The position numbers and the translations under genes were made by a program. The notes beneath the pieces were generated by a model. It was not told the DNA's origin. It ran no database searches and was given only the letters and a program-made list of their open reading frames with translations. A DNA stretch of 56,586 nucleotides from NCBI GenBank assembly GCA_001642005.1, contig LWCA01000094.1:1-56586 (forward strand), given 5' to 3'. Of the stretch, positions 38,408 to 49,297 are shown piece by piece. Source of the DNA: Intoshia linei (Eukaryota; Animalia; Orthonectida). Every line of letters begins with the position of its first letter. Position 1 is the stretch's first letter.

Positions 38408-39142
38408 CTAGGTTGGCTGTTATTTACTACGTACAAACAGGACCTAGGTTTGCCGAGGGCACATTTTTATTATACTTAAAAAATAAATTCACGTTGAAAT
38501 TTTAATTTAAAAATCCTATTATTCACTATTATCAATCTTTTAAAGGAGTGGTTCCCAAATTTGTGTCAGGTAGAACCATCAAATTACTTTACTTTAAAGT
38601 GAATTATTCAATTTTCATTTTTTGTTTGTTAACATTCAACAATAAAGTAAAAACAGTCCAATCCTAAAAATTGTCATAAATAGCATAAATTGAAGAAAAA
38701 ATAAAATTATAAAAACCTATTTTGTCATTTTCAATGTGATGATATATATTCAGTACCAATGTAACAAATACTTAAAATACCAATTATGTATCAATAATTA
38801 ACAATTATTAATAATAATGAAATTCTAGTGCTTTTTTCATTAAAAATAGAAGGTTAATTTGGGGTAATAATAATTTATGATTTTAAAATCCGTATCAGAG
38901 TATATATTTTTTTAAATTCTCGAACTCGTTTGATTTTCAAAAAAAAAGGACAATTGGGGTTTTTGACCCGTAAGATGTGAGTTTGGGAGGTTGAAATTAT
39001 GTTTGCTAACACCCCGGAAAAAACTGTAATTGAAATGTGAACTTTATAAAATTCTAAGACGGGTAGTTATTTAAATAAAGCTGGACAGTGTCCAGTGGAC
39101 ACACACAAACAAAAATCGCGTAGCATATTATATATATTAAGA
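38408..39142 (-). mobile_element. Non-autonomous Helitron-like element, both ends present
   Basis: Minus strand: A|TCTTAATATATATAATATGC ... CAGCCAACCTAG|T; no TSD; (TG)n tract near the 5' end. Confidence 0.75.
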
Positions 39143-39226
39143 TTTATTTTTTTATCGTAAATATTTATTAAAAGGTGAATAAAATGTACATTGTAGAAGT
39201 TTTGACGAAAATTTTATGTACATATA

Positions 39227-39521
39227 CTAGTTAGTTATAATTAACCAACAGTAATTTGTGGTTTTGACCATCAAGTTGTGCGTTTATGAGGCTGAGATTT
39301 ACGATAATCTTAATAATTTTACAACATGTCCCAGAATTTATGTTTTATTAAATTTTTGGGCTGATTTTATTTAAAAAAAAAAGGCAAATTGGGTTTTTGA
39401 CCTTGAAGGGCTGAAATGCGAAAACTATTATAAATTGGCTTCATTTAAATTCTACGAATGACGATTTTTTAAATATACGATAAGACACAGACAGACACAC
39501 ATTCAATTTTATATAAGTGGA
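39227..39521 (-). mobile_element. Short non-autonomous Helitron-like element
   Basis: Minus strand: A|TCCACTTATATAAAATTGAATGTGTGTCTGTCTGTG ... ACTAACTAG|T. Confidence 0.7.
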
Positions 39522-39567
39522 TTATTTTATAAAGGATTTGAATAAACTTATTTAAATAATTTATTTT

Positions 39568-42500
39568 TTAAACTTGACGTAAACGTTTTGTTAGGTCGGT
39601 ATTACCTTTAGATAAAGTTTTTTCCGTTTGTATTTCATGATTAGTCAATATATTTAATTCGTCTTCAACTTTTGAATATTCTGTGAATAGTCCGCAAACT
39701 CTAAAAAAAATTTATATTGTTTATACGCAAGTGGATAGATCAAACATCTAAGCTATTTCAGGTGTTTGCATTCAATTGCAATTTAACTAGAAACGGATAT
39801 TCGAGTTTATTATACATGAAAAAATATTGTGATAAACTTTGATTGTAAAATGTTTTTATATAATGACATTTTAAAAAATTACATTTCTGAAGCAATAAGC
39901 TCACTAGTATTGGAAGCAATCATTCTTATTAAAAATACTCCATCACGTCTCAAATAATCATTTACAAATTTTTTACAGTCTTCTTTTTTTGTGCCTTCCA
40001 ATATATCTGATACAATAAGTCTTGTATTTATAGATTTCAATAATCGACTTTTTAATAAATTTTTAAAAATGAGAGATAAACAACTGGCAATATTAATGAA
40101 TGATACTAAAAGTAACCAAAACCATATAAGCTAAGTTTAAATTACAATTAAAAATTAAAATGTAACCAAATATATTCTCTCTATAAACAAATTGATTGGT
40201 AAGGTGCACTGGATCATGTATTCATAATCGTTTCCAGGTTCTCTTATTGTAAATTGACACAAAGTTACTGTCGGAAATCGTTCCGAAGTTTGCCATGATA
40301 TTCCATTGATCATGTTTAGAAAGCAATGAACTCCGTAATATGTGTAAGTTTGACCCAGAAACCAATTCAAAGCAAAAAATTGACCAATGGAATTGATTAT
40401 GTACAAAATTTTCACTAATCCATACAGAGAAACTAATTGCATTCCGTACAACATCCACCATATTCCTTTAAATCTGGTATATAATAAATGTTTTCGGTTT
40501 AGCTAAAATGTTTATTTTTAGTGTATTTTAACATTATATAGCGAAACCTCAACAAAGAATCGACTCATGTGTCTAATTATGTATTGAGTTGTTTTGCTTC
40601 TTTTATCAGGGTCATTAGTTCGTTGGGCTTCTATTGCGGCATCGATTATGGTTACTACTGATATTCCAGATCTATTATTCAAAATATTCCATATTGCACG
40701 AGGTAAGTAAAATAATATTGACTGTAATGCTAATTTAGATATTATTACATGTGAAAACCAATAATTTTCTAATTTTTACAGATTCAAGTTTAATGTATAA
40801 TATTATAATTAATTATACTACAAGTAAGTATATAGTATATAGCAGTGATGGTAGCCAACAAAAACTAGGTGTGTTAAATTTTTCAGAAATTTTTTTCTAG
40901 TGTGTTTTTATTAAAAAAATATTAGGTCAATCCAAACCGTCAATTAAGTCGAACAACTTAATGATGGAAAATGAGTTAAAAATAATTTTTACATTTATTT
41001 AGATTTAAAAAATTGATTCTATCATGAATTTTTTCAATTTAGGGAAATATTTCTAGTCTTTATTTTCTATATCACGATAGAATATTGACAGTTTACAGTC
41101 AAATGCCTTAATAATACTAAACATTACAACAAGTTTTCCCGTACCCTTGAAATTTAAGGTTAAGTTCATTTAAATGCAAGAAAATGTTAGTAAAAAACAT
41201 AAGACTAACAATCCGATCGTTATTATCTAATTGAGAGTTATCTTTATATCTTAAAAATGTTTTAATTTCTGATAAGCATTTCACAAAGCGCTCAAGAACT
41301 TTACCTCTACTGAGTTTTTGATATTGATGTACATCAGCAGTCCATTACAACTTGATTCTACTTCCTTTAACATTAAAGTGAATTCTCTTTTGTGTAAGGC
41401 GCGTGTTTGGATGTAATTAATGATTTTTGTCACAGTGATAACAACCATATTTAAGTGACTCAGAGCTGTTTTAGAACAGAGTACTTCTTGGTGTATAATG
41501 ACATGAAATCCAACCAGGGGATGACCCACACAATTTGAAAAATTGGCTATAAATTTTTGAATTTTATAGATAATTTTAGATATATTAAAATATCGTTAAT
41601 TATTTTAGTAATATTTTTTATTTGAAGTCAACTTATATATTTTTTCAAGTGTGTAAAAAAAAATGTCAAGTTTGTATTTTTTACACGCAAACACGTACTT
41701 TGCCATCACTGGTATATAGTAAATAATTGTCAAAATCAAAAGCATACATAATAATAATCCGACCCATTGATAGTAGCTTATTCTTTTATGTTTAATTTTT
41801 ACACTGTCGTTGGCTAAAAATGGTGTATCTTCATTTGGTGCCAAGTAAAAGGTGTTTTTTGTCCAGCAAACACGATTTGAGTATTGAATATGCTTAATTT
41901 AATTATTATAACATTTAAAAATCCATTATATAATCGGATTCAAACAGTGGTTTATGACATTTTATATCCAACCTTTTTGATAGATTTTTAATTTTATTAT
42001 GAAAACATTTCACCGGGATAACGGTCTATTCTTTATAAAACAAAAAATGACATAAATGTAATTTTTAATGATTTTAATATTATTATAAGCAAATAGGTAT
42101 AAAATCTTTATACATTGTATTTTATGTTATATTTATATAAGAATACCTGTGATGTGAAATGAGCTGGACACCAACTAAATTTACAAAATAAATTATAATA
42201 AATACATTATGCTTTCCAGTATCTTCAGAACAAGCGGTTTGTCGAGTGAAACAGATAATTATGACACACTGTGTACACTGTACAGTGTACAATCTACAGT
42301 GTACACAACCCTAGAATTACAAAAAAAAATGTAAGCAAAAAATTGATTTTTGAACATGAAAGATTAACTTAACCTTGAAATTTTTTATATATTTGGAAAA
42401 ATCAGCATTAAATATAATCTTTTTTTAAGTTCTAGAACTACTCAAGTTTTTTCCAAAATTAGGTACCAAAATTTCCCTTAAAATCTATAAAATTTGAAAA

Positions 42501-45500
42501 AAAATTTTAGAAAATAAAAAATTTCCGTGTGTTTCTTTTGTGTGTTAACTGGAGATAACATTATAAACTGTAATTTTCTTTAACATTCTGGGACTATTGT
42601 GATTTTTTTAAAAAAGGGTAATTTGTGTTTTTGGTCCTGAAGATGTATTTTATTAAATTTAAATTTATGATAATATTTATGATTTTAAAATCTGTATCAG
42701 AGTGGATATTTTTTTAAATTCTAGAACTCGTTTGATTTTAAAAAAAATATTATTATGGTTTTTTACCGTTAATATGTGAGTTTCTGAGATTGAAATTAAT
42801 TTTACTTTGACGTCTGGTAAAAACTTTAATAGAAATGTGGAATTTTTAAAATTCTAAGACACTTAGTTATTGAAATAAAAGATAACAAATCAGGCAGACA
42901 AATAAAGAGTTTTATATACATTTATATGTAAAGTATAATGATGAAATATGTCTTTCTTTTATTTATTTGTCTGTTGGTTTGTTTCAGTTTATTTAAGAAA
43001 ATTTTTAAATTTAGTTATAAAAATTTCATAATTCTATTACAGTTGTTCGAGGATGATGTTTTATCACAAATTTCAATTTTAGAAATTGAGTCCTTCAAGT
43101 TCAAAAACCCCAATTATCCTTATTTTAATTCAAAGCAGTCCTAGAATTATAAAAAATACACAACCTGATACATATTTAAAAATCATTAACATTATGATCA
43201 ATTTCAAAATCTTATATCTTCACGGGCAAAACCACAATTATAATTTTTGTAAAATTAAGTAAATCATAGAATTTTATACAACCTAAATTCTGAGATGGTT
43301 TTTAAATTCATAAGCATTAGTATAAATGGTAACATCAAAAAAAATCATTTTCACGATCATAAACCCAAATAACCCTAGATTTAAAAAATATTACAACTGA
43401 TACAGTTATATCCAGTGAATACGCACAAAAAATTTCAATCTGACAAAGTGACACCTTCAATATAATAGTATTGGTCAAAAAAGCACTTTAATATTTATTT
43501 TTTTTTATTTCGAAAGTATTTTATTAAAACAAAAAAATTTCAATAATTAAGGGTGCTAAAAAAAAAATTATAGATGGTACAGTGGTATTTTGTTAACACA
43601 CACAAAAATTTTTAATCTGAATAAGTGACGCCTTCACGGTCAAAAAAGCATTTTAGTATTCATATGTATTTTTTCCGAAATATTTTATTAAAACAAAAAA
43701 TGTGAAATAATTAACGGTCCGAAAATTAAAAAAAAAAATTATTCTGATACAGCTTATTCCAGTTGATATCAATGCAAAATTTCAACGTCAGAAATCTAAA
43801 TAATAACNTAACACACACAGAAAATTTCAATCTTAATAAGTTACGCCTTCACAGTCAAAAAAGGATTTTAGTATTCATATATTTTTTTTCCGAAATATTT
43901 TATTAAAACAAAAAATGTGAATAATTTACAGGTCCGAAAATTAAAAAAAAAAATTATTCTGATAGAACTTATTCCAGTTGATATAAATTGTCCGATCCAG
44001 TGATCTCAATGATGCGCCAGCGCGCACTAGTGCACGATAAGACATTTAAAATATATTTTAATACAAAAAAAATGTGTAGGTCCAAAATTTGGACTCCAAA
44101 TTGTCAAATTCAAATGCTTATTATCAAGTTAAGGGAAAATTTAAAATTTATACATCAATTCAATCTTCCTAGAATTAAAAAAAGATGATATTTAATACAG
44201 TTTTTACAAGTTACAATATATAACAATTTTAATGTTAAACTTAAGCATTCAGTTTCAACAAAATAATTTACTGTTTACCCTTTATTTGTGGAAATTATTT
44301 CATTAAAAAACGTGATAACAAACAAATGTAAAATAAAAAATTTGATATAATTAATGGTCTTACAATTTAAAAATAATAAATTGTCTTCACATAAATATCA
44401 AAAAACCAAAATGGCGGTAATGAGGGGTCTGAATGTAATTATTTTAAAATAGATTATGCTAAATTAAAAATTAATTGTCGCTCACTTTAAGACTGGTGCT
44501 AAACCGCTAGTCGAGAGAAGTTGAATATTTTTATGTTTTATCCTTACTTATATAATATGCTTTGTTTGTCTTTGTGTGTTATTTCAATAAATATCAGCCT
44601 GAGTATTTTATAAAGGTCACATTTCAATTACCGTTTTTCCAGAGGTGTTAGCAAAATAAATTTCAACCTCCCAAACTCACATCTTACAGGTCAAAAAGAC
44701 CAGTTGTCCCTCTTTTTGAAAATCAAACGAGTTGGAGAATTTAATAAAATATATACGCTAATACGAATTTTAAAATCATAAACATTACCATAAATTTAAA
44801 TTTAAAAAAATTATATCTTTGGGCCAAAACACCAAATTACCCTTTTTTTTAATGAAAACAACCCTAGAATTTCAAAAAATTTACAGGTAGTACAGTTGTG
44901 TCCTGTTAACACACATAAAAAATTTCAATCCGAATAAGTGACGACTTCACGGTCAAAAAAGCATTTTAGTATTCATATATTTTTTTTCCTAAATATTTTA
45001 TTAAAACAAAAAATGTGAAATAATTAGCCGTCTGAAAATTAAAAAAAAAAAAATTATTCTGATAGAACTTAGTCCAATAGATATAAATACAAAAGTTAAA
45101 CTAAAGAAATCTACGCATTCCCAATAAAAAATAATTTTTAATATATTATCAACCAATATTTTTCAAATATTTCGATTCAAATCGGATTCTGTCTAATAAA
45201 TTAAAAAAATAGGATAACAATTTTTTTTTAATAATTCTTTACACAAATGTTANATAATAGTATTGGTCAAAAAAGCACTTTAATATTTATTTTTTTTTAT
45301 TTCGAAAGTATTTTATTAAAACAAAAAAATTTCAATAATTAAGGGTGCTAAAAAAAAAATTATAGATGGTACAGTGGTATTTTGTTAACACACACAAAAA
45401 TTTTTAATCTGAATAAGTGACGCCTTCACGGTCAAAAAAGCATTTTAGTATTCATATGTATTTTTTCCGAAATATTTTATTAAAACAAAAAATGTGAAAT

Positions 45501-45825
45501 AATTAACGGTCCGAAAATTAAAAAAAAAAATTATTCTGATACAGCTTATTCCAGTTGATATCAATGCAAAATTTCAACGTCAGAAATCTAAATAATAACT
45601 AAAAATAACTTTTAATAATTTCTCTAAATAATATCTTCTCTTTTCTAATATAAAAAAAATGTACCACGTAATAGGTTCGCCTGAATAATGTCTCGAAGTG
45701 ACAAGAATAGCAAAAACGATAAATAAAAATGTAGTATATCTACAATTGATACGATCCGTAATAGCGTCACCACCTCCAATCCGACCATCTCCAAAATCCA
45801 AAATATTGGCTGCCAAAGCTTCCAT
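39568..45825 (-). CDS. Innexin (gap-junction protein); exons 45825-45665, 42174-42147, 41892-41738, 40729-40548, 40502-40167, 40130-39883, 39700-39568
   Basis: DRINCRYT, GEPITC|WCPAHFT, VCWTKNTFY, SYYQWV, LFYLPRAIW, FPTVTLCQF, QCTLPINLFIERIYL|LIWFW, YLRRDGVFLIRMIASN; all junctions GT-AG and phase-compatible. Confidence 0.95.
40843..41711 (-). mobile_element. Deleted hAT Buster-type element with transposase fragment, in innexin intron
   Basis: TIRs CAGTGATGGTA / TGCCATCACTG, perfect TSD GTATATAG; ORF 41281-41529 FHVIIHQEVLC..KIINYIQTRALHKREF matches the HCIIHQEALC..INYIRARALNHRQF region. Confidence 0.9.
42300..45599. repeat. Cluster of Helitron-like family copies in both orientations filling the innexin intron, with two single-N gaps
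   Basis: Repeated GTTAACACACA..GACGCCTTCACGGTCAAAAAAGC modules; 5' end A|TCCTTACTTATATAATATGC at 44541; N at 43808 and 45253. Confidence 0.75.
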
Positions 45826-47192
45826 AATTAGGAAACGAACAAATACAATTTAATGCACTTATTTCGCTTTAATCTATGAATATTTAATAAATATTCAACC
45901 TCGAATGAATTGTGTGATTTCTGAAGCTAATATTAAAATGTAGAAACTTATTGATTATATTCTATTTTAAATTTTGATTATCTTACGTGAAATTTAACTT
46001 TAGAAACATGATCAGATATTGATTTTTAAGTTATTAACGACATTATATTGTGTTGACGTTAAATATTTTACATTTTCTCTGGAGCAGTAACTTTAATTTT
46101 AGGTTATACAAACCAGTATATTAAAACAGTATGAATGAGTTGTAAACATCCCTAGATAATATAAATTTTAATAATAATTATAAATATAATTATAATTAAT
46201 GTAAATTCTTTAGCACAAGATTATAAATTAAGATATTATTTAGAAATTAATTAAAATAAGATTAAATCATTAAATTGATCATATTTTAATTTTTACCTTA
46301 ATCCGCGCAGCCGGTTGCAGGTCAATATTTAAAAAAATATTTTCCAAGCGTATAAGCGATGGTTGACCTAGTCGGAGAGAGACACGGAAAGATCCTATAC
46401 AAGGTAGTGTGTTCATAATGTTTAAATTTTATTGTTTATATACAATAAATATTTAGTTTTAATGGTTGTATTACATCAAATACATTTTAAAATACATTGA
46501 ACTGTATTTAAAGGTATAAAATAATGTATAGGTCAAAGTTTCTCAAATGAGACTTTTTATTTTTATTTTTATTTTTAGTGTAATTAATAACTTAGTCAAA
46601 ATTTGGAAAGAAAAAAATTTCACTTGGAAGTTCTCCAAAATTGAAAAAATTTCTGAATAAATTGGTGTTTTGAAATAATTTACTACTATATGTTGGTATA
46701 CGCCAACATTGTTGGCGTATAAATGGAAATATCTCAATTTTTAATAACTTTGAAATTATTAAACCTATATAGTTAAAAATGTATAAAGACTTGTTATAAC
46801 TATTTTGATGGATTTGTAAAGACTTAAACATAATACTGGAAAAAATCTGATTTTCGTTAACTGAATTTTTGATAAATAATGTATACATTAAAACAATGGT
46901 TCCCGATTGGGTACAAAATTATACAAAAATTGGTAAAAAAAGTACTGGGGCCCGTGAGATTCAAATAAAATACAGAAAAATTTTGATCAACTTTTGTTTA
47001 TTTATATAGAATTTTTAATATTTATTACAGAGTTTATAAATGTTTACTATCACAAAGCTTAGACCACCGCTCATTATTATTTCAAAAATCTCACTTTTAT
47101 TTAATCATTAATAACATTTAAAAAAAATACTATTTATAATCCTTAGTGAAAAATTCGATTTTACTAAACCTTATGAAAAAAATCCATTTTTA

Positions 47193-47916
47193 CAGAGTTT
47201 CTCATGAATATAAATTTTAATTTCATAAATATAAGTTTATTTTTCAATAATATAAATTTTTAAGTAAATACTACTAAATGTAATTAATATTCGAAGTTCG
47301 ACGATAAAAACAAGTGTAGAAGTGATTTATGATAATTTTACAAGAATTAAAATTATGCGAAGGTTCTTTCTGGAATTTTTAAATAAGTGTAAGATTTATA
47401 GAGTATTTAAGAACAGGCCGATTATTGTAATGGATAATGTGAGGTTTTACCTGTACGGAAATAATTTCTTTATTGAGAAGAAAAAATGTAGAACAAATAT
47501 TCTTACCACAATATAGTTCTGACTTGAATCCTTTTGAAAACTTATTCAGCGTAATAAAATCACGTAACATGCGTCATAGGGCTAACAATCGAATTAGTTT
47601 AGTTACAAATATACAATTAGTTTTAGAAGAAATTAAAACAGAGCCTCTATTTTTCTCAATACCTATATAATATCCATGTGGGACAAAGTCAATATGATAT
47701 TCAGAAGACAAAAAAACCAATGTGTAATACATACATTTTTTATTTTAATTAAAACTTTTCAATTTAGTCGTAGACATTTTAATTCTTGTAAAATTATCAT
47801 TAATTACTTCTACACTTGTTTTTTTCGTCGAACTTCGAATATTAATTACAATTTACTAGTATTTACTTAAAAATTTATATTTATGAAAATAAAATATATA
47901 TTCATGAGAAACTCTG
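47193..47916 (+). mobile_element. Deleted Tc1/IS630-like element with long TIRs and a frameshifted transposase fragment
   Basis: TA-flanked ~150-170 bp TIRs starting CAGAGTTTCTCATGAATATA; IIVMDNVRF and FLPQYSSDLNPFENLFS (DDE_3) in different frames. Confidence 0.85.
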
Positions 47917-49297
47917 TATCAACCCTCAATGGAAAATCCTTTTTTTCAATATTTTTTTGAAAAACACGATTTTAACAAATCTTATGAAAACACCTCTTAT
48001 TCCAACCACAAAATAAAACTGCAACATTAACAACGATTAAGGGAAATATCATCTTTTTCTAATATTATTTTGAAAAATCTTTTTTTACTAAATCTTATGA
48101 GCAAAAACTTCTTAATCCAAAACTCAAAATAAAAAAATCCTCATTTGCCAATATTTTTTTTAAAAACACGATTGTACTAAATCCTATGATGAAAAACCTT
48201 TAATTTTTTCATCAATGTTTTATATTTCATGTTTCTTAAAAAACATGCCATTATAAACTATAGGCACTAACTTTTATTATATATCCTTGTAGAAATTTGG
48301 ATTAAGTTTTTGAATTATTAACATAAACGCGTTAAAAAATTTTAATGGTATATTTTTCACTAGCTAATTGGAATGTAAGTGTAGAAAATAGATATCATTT
48401 TATTGAAATAACGAATTATGAAATATTAAAAACATTTAAAAATTGAATAAAATTACGAGATCAATTTTTCAAGTGAACTCACGATTAAGAAAAATGATAT
48501 AAGGTAAATTACAGCTTTATGTTGATTTTTTAATAAAATATTTACGAGTCGATTTGAGTCGTAAATGTTTTTAAAAATTTTTACTATTTATTATTTATTG
48601 TGAATTTAATTTTTGGTACAATTGAAAAAATCTACCCTCGGCAGAGTTAGGTACAGTTTGTAGTACAAATTGTACCAAATACATAACATTCAAGCTAATT
48701 TTAAAATATAAAATAAAGATAAAGTAAATACATTTGGTAAACATTCAGTTCATTGAACTTTTCATACTTTAAAAATATAATTTAATCTTTCATGTTGGCT
48801 CATTTCAATAATTTAACAATTATATTGTGATAATCAAAGAATGTGTAAAATTTAATTTTTTTAATTGGTAAACATCAAAGACTTTGTCACATATTGCGAA
48901 AATTAAAAATTTTTTATTAACCTGATAAAACAATTCTATGTAATTTATAAAATGCACTACACTCAGCATAGATTAAAATAAAACAAATTCACATTTAAAT
49001 TGCAAGTTAAATTAAAAATTACATCGAAATTTTACTAAATCTTATGTCAAAATAAAAATTCTTTAAATCCTACAATTTTTCAATTTAATAACATAGAACA
49101 TAGCTAGACAATACATAGTAATGGTAATGTAAATTACAAAAAAAGGAGTATCATGCGTAAACCCGTTTTAGATATTTTTACATGACAATAAAAATTTTAG
49201 AAATTTTATAAATTGGATTTATTTAGCGTTTATATATAAGCAATTTGGGCTTTAATATGGTATTTCATGTTTTACCTCATTTTATTTAAATTTATAG

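Noticed and set aside
46310-46376. Y RNA or other small ncRNA from the stem ending TTGACCTAGTC
   Set aside because: No GGCUGGUCCG-like 5' stem or oligo-T terminator; exon explanations are simpler.
46592-46888. 98-aa minus-strand ORF upstream of the innexin
   Set aside because: No homology recognised and no supported splice partners; left uncalled.
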